Below are positions 37,381 through 53,700 of a DNA stretch of 64,000 nucleotides, in pieces (position 1 is the first letter of the stretch; each line of letters opens with the position of its first letter). Made by a program: the position numbers and the translations under genes. The notes below the pieces were generated by a model that worked only from the letters and a program-made list of their open reading frames with translations, did not search any database and was not told where the DNA came from. This DNA is from Euprymna scolopes (lineage: Eukaryota). The DNA lies in NCBI GenBank assembly GCA_053919585.1, contig CM132791.1, one strand, 5' to 3'.

Positions 37381-38667
37381 TCCTTTATGGTTTCCGCGAT
37401 TGTCTTAGACGTGTGTTCATTCTTCTTTTTCTCGTGCCTGCCATAGAGCGTGGTGTCATCAGAAAATATACCCCTTTTTCAGAGACAATTTTATCAAAGA
37501 GAGCATTTATGAATATCAGGAATATTAAAGGTCCAAGGATCGAACACTCGCATTTATATCATATTTTTTGACGTACCACTATCGAGAGACACCTGGACTT
37601 TTCTATTATTTAAAAAAGATTTAATTATGTTATGTATTTGTCCAGTAATACCGTATGACTTGATTTTTCTGAAAATAGCATCGTGCAATGCCCTGTCAAA
37701 AGTCTTAGATATATCTAGGTCTATTGCCCTTCCTTCCCCTTCTTTATCCAGTGTATGGTATATACGTTCAGAGATTACAGTTAGGATATCTGCAGTAGAA
37801 CGGGCTTAAAGCCATACTGTTGGTCGGACAGAAGTTAAGTAACTGTAAGTCAGTGGATTAGAGTTTGATTAATTATAGACTCAAATATTTTGGCGAAAAG
37901 AGGAAGGAGGCTTATAGGTCGGTAGTTTAATAGGTCAGTTTTTTCACCAGGATTCTTGAAAATTGGTACCACAGAAGCAGTTTCTAGCAGTCAGTAGAGT
38001 AACATTCTTTAAAGCATTTGTTGAAAAGTTTGAAAGTGACTAGAGCAACCGCAGCGGAGCATTTTTTAAATAATACAACCGAGATAAGATCAGCTTTTGA
38101 GCTGTGCAGGGTGTTTATGATATCATGTACTCGTGAAGGAGTGATTTTCAGATAATCTAGTGTGGTTTCTGTCTGCAAAGGAAAATTAAGAAGGGAGTGG
38201 TTTTCTAGGTTCAATGTAGGGTTTGAGGTAAACTGACGGGAAAGCACGTTAGCCTTCTCGGTTGCCGTGCGAGCAACCTCATGAGTTTTGGATAGTGAGG
38301 GAATTGTTGATTGGCCATTATTCACTACACTGATTTTCCAGAAATCGCAAGTTCCTCATTTCTGCAATTCAATGCATTTTCTGGTGGTTTTGTGTATTCT
38401 CTCTTAGCTGTCGCTATTTCTTTCTTGCAATTACTTCTTGCTTCTATGAATTTATGTCTGTTTGTACTGGAATTATGTCGGATAAGTCTGCGGTATGCAT
38501 GTTGCCTTTGAGCAATGGCAGCTGCGTAAGTAGAAGGAAACCATTGGAGAGAGTGTAGTTTTTTTATAAAACTTCTGTGTGAGATCATATGCTTCAATTG
38601 CCGCTTTGGACCATTCAGTAGTCTAATTTGCACACAGATGTTTCGCCATGGAGGATCTCTGATGAGA
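36331..38667 (-). mobile_element. Degraded 5'-truncated CR1/L2-group LINE (same family as 21620-25185)
   Basis: Minus strand gives AAAIAQRQH, NYRPISL, LDISKTFDR, GIFSDDT, LYLYKATIPPCMKYCC and RVQRRVANLIG. The shared 3' UTR motif and poly(A) lie at 36331. An unrelated insert occupies ~37150-37420. Confidence 0.85.
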
Positions 38668-38732
38668 CGGTTAAACTTTTGTTTACAGAATTTTATGAAA
38701 CCGGTAAAATTTAACTCCGTTTATTTCTTGAG

Positions 38733-41700
38733 AACCTTGGATACATATTATTAGAAATACATGATAAACCTTTAAAAACCTTGGATCAAATTATTAGAAA
38801 TACATGATAAACCTTTACAAACCTTGGATCAAATTATTAGAAATACATACCTTTAAAAACCTTGGATCAAATTATTAGAAATACATGATAAACCTTTAAA
38901 AACCTTGGATCAAATTATTAGAAATACATGATAAACCTTTAAAAACCTTGGATCAAATTATTAGAAATACATGATAAACCTTTAAAAACCTTGGATCAAA
39001 TTATTAGAAATACATGATAAACCTTTAAAAACCTTGGATCAAATTATTAGAAATACATGATAAACCTTTAAAAACCTTGGATCAAATTATTAGAAATACA
39101 TGATAAACCTTTAAAAACCTTGGATCAAATTATTAGAAATACATGATAAACCTTTAAAAACCTTGGATCAAATTATTAGAAATACATGATAAACCTTTAA
39201 AAACCTTGGATCAAATTATTAGAAATACATGATAAACCTTTAAAAACCTTGGATCAAATTATTAGAAATACATGATAAACCTTTAAAAACCTTGGATCAA
39301 ATTATTAGAAATACATGATAAACCTTTAAAAACCTTGGATCAAATTATTAGAAATACATGATAAACCTTTAAAAACCTTGGATCAAATTATTAGAAATAC
39401 ATGATAAACCTTTAAAAACCTTGGATCAAATTATTAGAAATACATGATAAACCTTTAAAAACCTTGGATCAAATTATTAGAAATACATGATAAACCTTTA
39501 AAAACCTTGGATCAAATTATTAGAAATACATGATAAACCTTTAAAAACCTTGGATCAAATTATTAGAAATACATGATAAACCTTTAAAAACCTTGGATCA
39601 AATTATTAGAAATACATGATAAACCTTTAAAAACCTTGGATCAAATTATTAGAAATACATGATAAACCTTTAAAAACCTTGGATCAAATTATTAGAAATA
39701 CATGATAAACCTTTAAAAACCTTGGATCAAATTATTAGAAATACATGATAAACCTTTAAAAACCTTGGATCAAATTATTAGAAATACATGATAAACCTTT
39801 AAAAACCTTGGATCAAATTATTAGAAATACATGATAAACCTTTAAAAACCTTGGATCAAATTATTAGAAATACATGATAAACCTTTAAAAACCTTGGATC
39901 AAATTATTAGAAATACATGATAAACCTTTAAAAACCTTGGATCAAATTATTAGAAATACATGATAAACCTTTAAAAACCTTGGATCAAATTATTAGAAAT
40001 ACATGATAAACCTTTAAAAACCTTGGATCAAATTATTAGAAATACATGATAAACATTTAAAAACCTTGGATCAAATTATTAGAAATACATGATAAACCTT
40101 TAAAAACCTTGGATCAAATTATTAGAAATACATGATAAACCTTTAAAAACCTTGGATCAAATTATTAGAAATACATGATAAACCTTTAAAAACCTTGGAT
40201 CAAATTATTAGAAATACATGATAAACCTTTAAAAACCTTGGATCAAATTATTAGAAATACATGATAAACCTTTAAAAACCTTGGATCAAATTATTAGAAA
40301 TACATGATAAACCTTTAAAAACCTTTGAACAAATTATTAGAAATACATGATAAACCTTTAAAAACCTTGGATCAAATTATTAGAAATACATGATAAACCT
40401 TTAAAAACCTTGGATCAAATTATTAGAAATACATGATAAACCTTTAAAAACCTTGGATCAAATTATTAGAAATACATGATAAACCTTTAAAAACCTTGGA
40501 TCAAATTATTAGAAATACATGATAAACCTTTAAAAACCTTGGATCAAATTATTAGAAATACATGATAAACCTTTAAAAACCTTGGATCAAATTATTAGAA
40601 ATACATGATAAACCTTTAAAAAACTTGGATCAAATTATTAGAAATACATGATAAACCTTTAAAAACCTTGGATCAAATTATTAGAAATACATGATAAACC
40701 TTTAAAAACCTTGGATCAAATTATTAGAAATACATGATAAACCTTTAAAAACCTTGGATCAAATTATTAGAAATACATGATAAACCTTTAAAAACCTTGG
40801 ATCAAATTATTAGAAATACATGATAAACCTTTAAAAATCTTGGATCAAATTATTAGAAATACATGATAAACCTTTAAAAACCTTGGATCAAATTATTAGA
40901 AATACATGATAAACCTTTAAAAACCTTGGATCAAATTATTAGAAATACATGATAAACCTTTAAAAACCTTGGATCAAATTATTAGAAATACATACCTTTA
41001 AAAACCTTGGATCAAATTATTAGAAATACATGATAAACCTTTAAAAACCTTGGATCAAATTATTAGAAATACATGATAAACCTTTAAAAACCTTGGATCA
41101 AATTATTAGAAATACATACCTTTAAAAACCTTGGATCAAATTATTAGAAATACATGATAAACCTTTAAAAACCTTGGATCAAATTATTAGAAATACATGA
41201 TAAACCTTTAAAAACCTTGGATCAAATTATTAGAAATACATGATAAACCTTTAAAAACCTTGGATCAAATTATTAGAAATACATGATAAACCTTTAAAAA
41301 CCTTGGATCAAATTATTAGAAATACATGATAAACCTTTAAAAACCTTGGATCAAATTATTAGAAATACATGATAAACCTTTAAAAACCTTGGATCAAATT
41401 ATTAGAAATACATGATAAACCTTTAAAAACCTTGGATCAAATTATTAGAAATACATGATAAACCTTTAAAAACCTTGGATCAAATTATTAGAAATACATG
41501 ATAAACCTTTAAAAACCTTGGATCAAATTATTAGAAATACATGATAAACCTTTAAAAACCTTGGATCAAATTATTAGAAATACATGATAAACCTTTAAAA
41601 ACCTTGGATCAAATTATTAGAAATACATACCTTTAAAAACCTTGGATCAAATTATTAGAAATACATGATAAACCTTTAAAAACCTTGGATCAAATTATTA

Positions 41701-44700
41701 GAAATACATGATAAACCTTTAAAAACCTTGGATCAAATTATTAGAAATACATGATAAACCTTTAAAAACCTTGGATCAAATTATTAGAAATACATGATAA
41801 ACCTTTAAAAACCTTGGATCAAATTATTAGAAATACATGATAAACCTTTAAAAACCTTGGATCAAATTATTAGAAATACATGATAAACCTTTAAAAACCT
41901 TGGATCAAATTATTAGAAATACATGATAAACCTTTAAAAACCTTGGATCAAATTATTAGAAATACATGATAAACCTTTAAAAACCTTGAATCAAATTATT
42001 AGAAATACATGATAAACCTTTAAAAACCTTGGATCAAATTATTAGAAATACATGATAAACCTTTAAAAACCTTTGACCAAATTATTAGAAATACATGATA
42101 AACCTTTAAAAACCTTGGATCAAATTATTAGAAATACATGATAAACCTTTAAAAACCTTGGATCAAATTATTAGAAATACATGATAAACCTTTAAAAACC
42201 TTGGATCAAATTATTAGAAATACATGATAAACCTTTAAAAACCTTGGATCAAATTATTAGAAATACATGATAAACCTTTAAAAACCTTGGATCAAATTAT
42301 TAGAAATACATGATAAACCTTTAAAAACCTTGGATCAAATTATTAGAAATACATGATAAACCTTTAAAAACCTTGGATCAAATTATTAGAAATACATGAT
42401 AAACCTTTAAAAACCTTGGATCAAATTATTAGAAATACATGATAAACCTTTAAAAACCTTGGATCAAATTATTAGAAATACATGATAAACCTTTAAAAAC
42501 CTTGGATCAAATTATTAGAAATACATGATAAACCTTTAAAAACCTTGGATCAAATTATTAGAAATACATGATAAACCTTTAAAAACCTTGGATCAAATTA
42601 TTAGAAATACATGATAAACCTTTAAAAACCTTGGATCAAATTATTAGAAATACATGATAAACCTTTAAAAACCTTGGATCAAATTATTAGAAATACATGA
42701 TAAACCTTTAAAAACCTTGGATCAAATTATTAGAAATACATGATAAACCTTTAAAAACCTTGGATCAAATTATTAGAAATACATGATAAACCTTTAAAAA
42801 CCTTGGATCAAATTATTAGAAATACATGATAAACCTTTAAAAACCTTGGATCAAATTATTAGAAATACATGATAAACCTTTAAAAACCTTGGATCAAATT
42901 ATTAGAAATACATGATAAACCTTTAAAAACCTTGGATCAAATTATTAGAAATACATGATAAACCTTTAAAAACCTTGGATCAAATTATTAGAAATACATG
43001 ATAAACCTTTAAAAACCTTGGATCAAATTATTAGAAATACATGATAAACCTTTAAAAACCTTGGATCAAATTATTAGAAATACATGATAAACCTTTAAAA
43101 ACCTTGGATCAAATTATTAGAAATACATGATAAACCTTTAAAAACCTTGGATCAAATTATTAGAAATACATGATAAACCTTTAAAAACCTTGGATCAAAT
43201 TATTAGAAATACATGATAAACCTTTAAAAACCTTGGATCAAATTATTAGAAATACATGATAAACCTTTAAAAACCTTGGATCAAATTATTAGAAATACAT
43301 GATAAACCTTTAAAAACCTTGGATCAAATTATTAGAAATACATGATAAACCTTTAAAAACCTTGAATCAAATTATTAGAAATACATGATAAACCTTTAAA
43401 AACCTTGGATCAAATTATTAGAAATACATGATAAACCTTTAAAAACCTTGGATCAAATTATTAGAAATACATGATAAACCTTTAAAAACCTTGGATCAAA
43501 TTATTAGAAATACATGATAAACCTTTAAAAACCTTGGATCAAATTATTAGAAATACATGATAAACCTTTAAAAACCTTGGATCAAATTATTAGAAATACA
43601 TGATAAACCTTTAAAAACCTTGGATAAAATTATTAGAAATACATGATAAACCTTTAAAAACCTTGGATCAAATTATTAGAAATACATGATAAACCTTTAA
43701 AAACCTTGGATCAAATTATTAGAAATACATGATAAACCTTTAAAAACCTTGGATCAAATTATTAGAAATACATGATAAACCTTTAAAAACCTTGGATCAA
43801 ATTATTAGAAATACATGATAAACCTTTAAAAACCTTGGATCAAATTATTAGAAATACATGATAAACCTTTAAAAACCTTGGATCAAATTATTAGAAATAC
43901 ATGATAAACCTTTAAAAACCTTGGATCAAATTATTAGAAATACATGATAAACCTTTAAAAACCTTGGATCAAATTATTAGAAATACATGATAAACCTTTA
44001 AAAACCTTGGATCAAATTATTAGAAATACATGATAAACCTTTAAAAACCTTGGATCAAATTATTAGAAATACATGATAAACCTTTAAAAACCTTGGATCA
44101 AATTATTAGAAATACATGATAAACCTTTAAAAACCTTGGATCAAATTATTAGAAATACATGATAAACCTTTAAAAACCTTGGATCAAATTATTAGAAATA
44201 CATGATAAACCTTTAAAAACCTTGGATCAAATTATTAGAAATACATGATAAACCTTTAAAAACCTTGGATCAAATTATTAGAAATACATGATAAACCTTT
44301 AAAAACCTTGGATCAAATTATTAGAAATACATGATAAACCTTTAAAAACCTTGGATCAAATTATTAGAAATACATGATAAACCTTTAAAAACCTTGGATC
44401 AAATTATTAGAAATACATGATAAACCTTTAAAAACCTTGGATCAAATTATTAGAAATACATGATAAACCTTTAAAAACCTTGGATCAAATTATTAGAAAT
44501 ACATGATAAACCTTTAAAAACCTTGGATCAAATTATTAGAAATACATGATAAACCTTTAAAAACCTTGGATCAAATTATTAGAAATACATGATAAACCTT
44601 TAAAAACCTTGGATCAAATTATTAGAAATACATGATAAACCTTTAAAAACCTTGGATCAAATTATTAGAAATACATGATAAACCTTTAAAAACCTTGGAT

Positions 44701-47700
44701 CAAATTATTAGAAATACATGATAAACCTTTAAAAACCTTGGATCAAATTATTAGAAATACATGATAAACCTTTAAAAACCTTGGATCAAATTATTAGAAA
44801 TACATGATAAACCTTTAAAAACCTTGGATCAAATTATTAGAAATACATGATAAACCTTTAAAAACCTTGGATCAAATTATTAGAAATACATGATAAACCT
44901 TTAAAAACCTTGGATCAAATTATTAGAAATACATGATAAACCTTTAAAAACCTTGGATCAAATTATTAGAAATACATGATAAACCTTTAAAAACCTTGGA
45001 TCAAATTATTAGAAATACATGATAAACCTTTAAAAACCTTGGATCAAATTATTAGAAATACATGATAAACCTTTAAAAACCTTGGATCAAATTATTAGAA
45101 ATACATGATAAACCTTTAAAAACCTTGGATCAAATTATTAGAAATACATGATAAACCTTTAAAAACCTTGGATCAAATTATTAGAAATACATGATAAACC
45201 TTTAAAAACCTTGGATCAAATTATTAGAAATACATGATAAACCTTTAAAAACCTTGGATCAAATTATTAGAAATACATGATAAACCTTTAAAAACCTTGG
45301 ATCAAATTATTAGAAATACATGATAAACCTTTAAAAACCTTGGATCAAATTATTAGAAATACATGATAAACCTTTAAAAACCTTGGATCAAATTATTAGA
45401 AATACATGATAAACCTTTAAAAACCTTGGATCAAATTATTAGAAATACATGATAAACCTTTAAAAACCTTGGATCAAATTATTAGAAATACATGATAAAC
45501 CTTTAAAAACCTTGGATCAAATTATTAGAAATACATGATAAACCTTTAAAAACCTTGGATCAAATTATTAGAAATACATGATAAACCTTTAAAAACCTTG
45601 GATCAAATTATTAGAAATACATGATAAACCTTTAAAAACCTTGGATCAAATTATTAGAAATACATGATAAACCTTTAAAAACCTTGGATCAAATTATTAG
45701 AAATACATGATAAACCTTTAAAAACCTTGGATCAAATTATTAGAAATACATGATAAACCTTTAAAAACCTTGGATCAAATTATTAGAAATACATGATAAA
45801 CCTTTAAAAACCTTGGATCAAATTATTAGAAATACATGATAAACCTTTAAAAACCTTGGATCAAATTATTAGAAATACATGATAAACCTTTAAAAACCTT
45901 GGATCAAATTATTAGAAATACATACCTTTAAAAACCTTGGATCAAATTATTAGAAATACATGATAAACCTTTAAAAACCTTGGATCAAATTATTAGAAAT
46001 ACATGATAAACCTTTAAAAACCTTGGATCAAATTATTAGAAATACATACCTTTAAAAACCTTGGATCAAATTATTAGAAATACATGATAAACCTTTAAAA
46101 ACCTTGGATCAAATTATTAGAAATACATGATAAACCTTTAAAAACCTTGGATCAAATTATTAGAAATACATGATAAACCTTTAAAAACCTTGGATCAAAT
46201 TATTAGAAATACATGATAAACCTTTAAAAACCTTGGATCAAATTATTAGAAATACATGATAAACCTTTAAAAACCTTGGATCAAATTATTAGAAATACAT
46301 GATAAACCTTTAAAAACCTTGGATCAAATTATTAGAAATACATGATAAACCTTTAAAAACCTTGGATCAAATTATTAGAAATACATGATAAACCTTTAAA
46401 AACCTTGGATCAAATTATTAGAAATACATGATAAACCTTTAAAAACCTTGGATCAAATTATTAGAAATACATGATAAACCTTTAAAAACCTTGGATCAAA
46501 TTATTAGAAATACATGATAAACCTTTAAAAACCTTGGATCAAATTATTAGAAATACATGATAAACCTTTAAAAACCTTGGATCAAATTATTAGAAATACA
46601 TGATAAACCTTTAAAAACCTTGGATCAAATTATTAGAAATACATGATAAACCTTTAAAAACCTTTGACCAAATTATTAGAAATACATGATAAACCTTTAA
46701 AAACCTTGGATCAAATTATTAGAAATACATGATAAACCTTTAAAAACCTTGGATCAAATTATTAGAAATACATGATAAACCTTTAAAAACCTTGGATCAA
46801 ATTATTAGAAATACATGATAAACCTTTAAAAACCTTGGATCAAATTATTAGAAATACATGATAAACCTTTAAAAACCTTGGATCAAATTATTAGAAATAC
46901 ATGATAAACCTTTAAAAACCTTGGATCAAATTATTAGAAATACATGATAAACCTTTAAAAACCTTGGATCAAATTATTAGAAATACATGATAAACCTTTA
47001 AAAACCTTGGATCAAATTATTAGAAATACATGATAAACCTTTAAAAACCTTGGATCAAATTATTAGAAATACATGATAAACCTTTAAAAACCTTGGATCA
47101 AATTATTAGAAATACATGATAAACCTTTAAAAACCTTGGATCAAATTATTAGAAATACATGATAAACCTTTAAAAACCTTGGATCAAATTATTAGAAATA
47201 CATGATAAACCTTTAAAAACCTTGGATCAAATTATTAGAAATACATGATAAACCTTTAAAAACCTTGGATCAAATTATTAGAAATACATGATAAACCTTT
47301 AAAAACCTTGGATCAAATTATTAGAAATACATGATAAACCTTTAAAAACCTTGAATCAAATTATTAGAAATACATGATAAACCTTTAAAAACCTTGGATC
47401 AAATTATTAGAAATACATGATAAACCTTTAAAAACCTTGGATCAAATTATTAGAAATACATGATAAACCTTTAAAAACCTTGGATCAAATTATTAGAAAT
47501 ACATGATAAACCTTTAAAAACCTTGGATCAAATTATTAGAAATACATGATAAACCTTTAAAAACCTTGGATCAAATTATTAGAAATACATGATAAACCTT
47601 TAAAAACCTTGGATCAAATTATTAGAAATACATGATAAACCTTTAAAAACCTTGGATCAAATTATTAGAAATACATGATAAACCTTTAAAAACCTTGGAT

Positions 47701-50700
47701 CAAATTATTAGAAATACATGATAAACCTTTAAAAACCTTGGATCAAATTATTAGAAATACATGATAAACCTTTAAAAACCTTGGATCAAATTATTAGAAA
47801 TACATGATAAACCTTTAAAAACCTTGGATCAAATTATTAGAAATACATGATAAACCTTTAAAAACCTTGGATCAAATTATTAGAAATACATGATAAACCT
47901 TTAAAAACCTTGGATCAAATTATTAGAAATACATGATAAACCTTTAAAAACCTTGGATCAAATTATTAGAAATACATGATAAACCTTTAAAAACCTTGGA
48001 TCAAATTATTAGAAATACATGATAAACCTTTAAAAACCTTGGATCAAATTATTAGAAATACATGATAAACCTTTAAAAACCTTGGATCAAATTATTAGAA
48101 ATACATGATAAACCTTTAAAAACCTTGGATCAAATTATTAGAAATACATGATAAACCTTTAAAAACCTTGGATCAAATTATTAGAAATACATGATAAACC
48201 TTTAAAAACCTTGGATCAAATTATTAGAAATACATGATAAACCTTTAAAAACCTTGGATCAAATTATTAGAAATACATGATAAACCTTTAAAAACCTTGG
48301 ATCAAATTATTAGAAATACATGATAAACCTTTAAAAACCTTGGATCAAATTATTAGAAATACATACCTTTAAAAACCTTGGATCAAATTATTAGAAATAC
48401 ATGATAAACCTTTAAAAACCTTGGATCAAATTATTAGAAATACATGATAAACCTTTAAAAACCTTGGATCAAATTATTAGAAATACATAACCTTTAAAAA
48501 CCTTGGATCAAATTATTAGAAATACATGATAAACCTTTAAAAAACTTGGATCAAATTATTAGAAATACATGATAAACCTTTAAAAACCTTGGATCAAATT
48601 ATTAGAAATACATGATAAACCTTTAAAAACCTTGGATCAAATTATTAGAAATACATGATAAACCTTTAAAAACCTTGGATCAAATTATTAGAAATACATG
48701 ATAAACCTTTAAAAACCTTGGATCAAATTATTAGAAATACATGATAAACCTTTAAAAATCTTGGATCAAATTATTAGAAATACATGATAAACCTTTAAAA
48801 ACCTTGGATCAAATTATTAGAAATACATGATAAACCTTTAAAAACCTTGGATCAAATTATTAGAAATACATGATAAACCTTTAAAAACCTTGGATCAAAT
48901 TATTAGAAATACATACCTTTAAAAACCTTGGATCAAATTATTAGAAATACATGATAAACCTTTAAAAACCTTGGATCAAATTATTAGAAATACATGATAA
49001 ACCTTTAAAAACCTTGGATCAAATTATTAGAAATACATACCTTTAAAAACCTTGGATCAAATTATTAGAAATACATGATAAACCTTTAAAAACCTTTGAC
49101 CAAATTATTAGAAATACATGATAAACCTTTAAAAACCTTGGATCAAATTATTAGAAATACATGATAAACCTTTAAAAACCTTGGATCAAATTATTAGAAA
49201 TACATGATAAACCTTTAAAAACCTTGGATCAAATTATTAGAAATACATGATAAACCTTTAAAAACCTTGGATCAAATTATTAGAAATACATGATAAACCT
49301 TTAAAAACCTTGGATCAAATTATTAGAAATACATGATAAACCTTTAAAAACCTTGGATCAAATTATTAGAAATACATGATAAACCTTTAAAAACCTTGGA
49401 TCAAATTATTAGAAATACATGATAAACCTTTAAAAACCTTGGATCAAATTATTAGAAATACATGATAAACCTTTAAAAACCTTGGATCAAATTATTAGAA
49501 ATACATGATAAACCTTTAAAAACCTTGGATCAAATTATTAGAAATACATGATAAACCTTTAAAAACCTTGGATCAAATTATTAGAAATACATGATAAACC
49601 TTTAAAAACCTTGGATCAAATTATTAGAAATACATGATAAACCTTTAAAAACCTTGGATCAAATTATTAGAAATACATGATAAACCTTTAAAAACCTTGG
49701 ATCAAATTATTAGAAATACATGATAAACCTTTAAAAACCTTGGATCAAATTATTAGAAATACATGATAAACCTTTAAAAACCTTGGATCAAATTATTAGA
49801 AATACATGATAAACCTTTAAAAACCTTGGATCAAATTATTAGAAATACATGATAAACCTTTAAAAACCTTGGATCAAATTATTAGAAATACATGATAAAC
49901 CTTTAAAAACCTTGGATCAAATTATTAGAAATACATGATAAACCTTTAAAAACCTTGGATCAAATTATTAGAAATACATGATAAACCTTTAAAAACCTTG
50001 GATCAAATTATTAGAAATACATGATAAACCTTTAAAAACCTTGGATCAAATTATTAGAAATACATGATAAACCTTTAAAAACCTTGGATCAAATTATTAG
50101 AAATACATGATAAACCTTTAAAAACCTTGGATCAAATTATTAGAAATACATGATAAACCTTTAAAAACCTTGGATCAAATTATTAGAAATACATGATAAA
50201 CCTTTAAAAACCTTGGATCAAATTATTAGAAATACATGATAAACCTTTAAAAACCTTGGATCAAATTATTAGAAATACATGATAAACCTTTAAAAACCTT
50301 GGATCAAATTATTAGAAATACATGATAAACCTTTAAAAACCTTGGATCAAATTATTAGAAATACATGATAAACCTTTAAAAACCTGTGACCAAATTATTA
50401 GAAATACATGATAAACCTTTAAAAACCTTGGATCAAATTATTAGAAATACATGATAAACCTTTAAAAACCTTGGATCAAATTATTAGAAATACATGATAA
50501 ACCTTTAAAAACCTTGGATCAAATTATTAGAAATACATGATAAACCTTTAAAAACCTTGGATCAAATTATTAGAAATACATGATAAACCTTTAAAAACCT
50601 TGGATCAAATTATTAGAAATACATGATAAACCTTTAAAAACCTTGGATCAAATTATTAGAAATACATGATAAACCTTTAAAAACCTTGGATCAAATTATT

Positions 50701-53700
50701 AGAAATACATGATAAACCTTTAAAAACCTTGGATCAAATTATTAGAAATACATGATAAACCTTTAAAAACCTTGGATCAAATTATTAGAAATACATGATA
50801 AACCTTTAAAAACCTTGGATCAAATTATTAGAAATACATGATAAACCTTTAAAAACCTTTGACCAAATTATTAGAAATACATGATAAACCTTTAAAAACC
50901 TTGGATCAAATTATTAGAAATACATGATAAACCTTTAAAAACCTTGGATCAAATTATTAGAAATACATGATAAACCTTTAAAAACCTTGGATCAAATTAT
51001 TAGAAATACATGATAAACCTTTAAAAACCTTGGATCAAATTATTAGAAATACATGATAAACCTTTAAAAACCTTGGATCAAATTATTAGAAATACATGAT
51101 AAACCTTTAAAAACCTTGGATCAAATTATTAGAAATACATGATAAACCTTTAAAAACCTTGGATCAAATTATTAGAAATACATGATAAACCTTTAAAAAC
51201 CTTGGATCAAATTATTAGAAATACATGATAAACCTTTAAAAACCTTGGATCAAATTATTAGAAATACATGATAAACCTTTAAAAACCTTGGATCAAATTA
51301 TTAGAAATACATGATAAACCTTTAAAAACCTTGGATCAAATTATTAGAAATACATGATAAACCTTTAAAAACCTTGGATCAAATTATTAGAAATACATGA
51401 TAAACCTTTAAAAACCTTGGATCAAATTATTAGAAATACATGATAAACCTTTAAAAACCTTGGATCAAATTATTAGAAATACATGATAAACCTTTAAAAA
51501 CCTTGGATCAAATTATTAGAAATACATGATAAACCTTTAAAAACCTTGGATCAAATTATTAGAAATACATGATAAACCTTTAAAAACCTTGGATCAAATT
51601 ATTAGAAATACATGATAAACCTTTAAAAACCTTGGATCAAATTATTAGAAATACATGATAAACCTTTAAAAACCTTGGATCAAATTATTAGAAATACATG
51701 ATAAACCTTTAAAAACCTTGGATCAAATTATTAGAAATACATGATAAACCTTTAAAAACCTTGGATCAAATTATTAGAAATACATGATAAACCTTTAAAA
51801 ACCTTGGATCAAATTATTAGAAATACATGATAAACCTTTAAAAACCTTGGATCAAATTATTAGAAATACATGATAAACCTTTAAAAACCTTGGATCAAAT
51901 TATTAGAAATACATGATAAACCTTTAAAAACCTTGGATCAAATTATTAGAAATACATGATAAACCTTTAAAAACCTTGGATCAAATTATTAGAAATACAT
52001 GATAAACCTTTAAAAACCTTGGATAAAATTATTAGAAATACATGATAAACCTTTAAAAACCTTGGATCAAATTATTAGAAATACATGATAAACCTTTAAA
52101 AACCTTGGATAAAATTATTAGAAATACATGATAAACCTTTAAAAACCTTGGATCAAATTATTAGAAATACATGATAAACCTTTAAAAACCTTGGATCAAA
52201 TTATTAGAAATACATGATAAACCTTTAAAAACCTTGGATCAAATTATTAGAAATACATGATAAACCTTTAAAAACCTTGGATCAAATTATTAGAAATACA
52301 TGATAAACCTTTAAAAACCTTGNNNNNNNNNNNNNNNNNNNNNNNNNNNNNNNNNNNNNNNNNNNNNNNNNNNNNNNNNNNNNNNNNNNNNNNNNNNNNN
52401 NNNNNNNNNNNNNNNNNNNNNNAAAACCTTGGATCAAATTATTAGAAATACATGATAAACCTTTAAAAACCTTGGATCAAATTATTAGAAATACATGATA
52501 AACCTTTAAAAACCTTGGATCAAATTATTAGAAATACATGATAAACCTTTAAAAACCTTGGATCAAATTATTAGAAATACATGATAAACCTTTAAAAACC
52601 TTGGATCAAATTATTAGAAATACATGATAAACCTTTAAAAACCTTGGATCAAATTATTAGAAATACATGATAAACCTTTAAAAACCTTGGATCAAATTAT
52701 TAGAAATACATGATAAACCTTTAAAAACCTTGGATCAAATTATTAGAAATACATGATAAACCTTTAAAAACCTTGGATCAAATTATTAGAAATACATGAT
52801 AAACCTTTAAAAACCTTGGATCAAATTATTAGAAATACATGATAAACCTTTAAAAACCTTGGATCAAATTATTAGAAATACATGATAAACCTTTAAAAAC
52901 CTTGGATCAAATTATTAGAAATACATGATAAACCTTTAAAAACCTTGGATCAAATTATTAGAAATACATGATAAACCTTTAAAAACCTTGGATCAAATTA
53001 TTAGAAATACATGATAAACCTTTAAAAACCTTGGATCAAATTATTAGAAATACATGATAAACCTTTAAAAACCTTGGATCAAATTATTAGAAATACATGA
53101 TAAACCTTTAAAAACCTTGGATCAAATTATTAGAAATACATGATAAACCTTTAAAAACCTTGGATCAAATTATTAGAAATACATGATAAACCTTTAAAAA
53201 CCTTGGATCAAATTATTAGAAATACATGATAAACCTTTAAAAACCTTGGATCAAATTATTAGAAATACATGATAAACCTTTAAAAAACCTTGGATCAAAT
53301 TATTAGAAATACATGATAAACCTTTAAAAACCTTGGATCAAATTATTAGAAATACATGATAAACCTTTAAAAACCTTGGATCAAATTATTAGAAATACAT
53401 GATAAACCTTTAAAAACCTTGGATCAAATTATTAGAAATACATGATAAACCTTTAAAAACCTTGGATCAAATTATTAGAAATACATGATAAACCTTTAAA
53501 AACCTTGGATCAAATTATTAGAAATACATGATAAACATTTAAAAACCTTGGATCAAATTATTAGAAATACATGATAAACCTTTAAAAACCTTGGATCAAA
53601 TTATTAGAAATACATGATAAACCTTTAAAAACCTTGGATCAAATTATTAGAAATACATGATAAACCTTTAAAAACCTTGGATCAAATTATTAGAAATACA

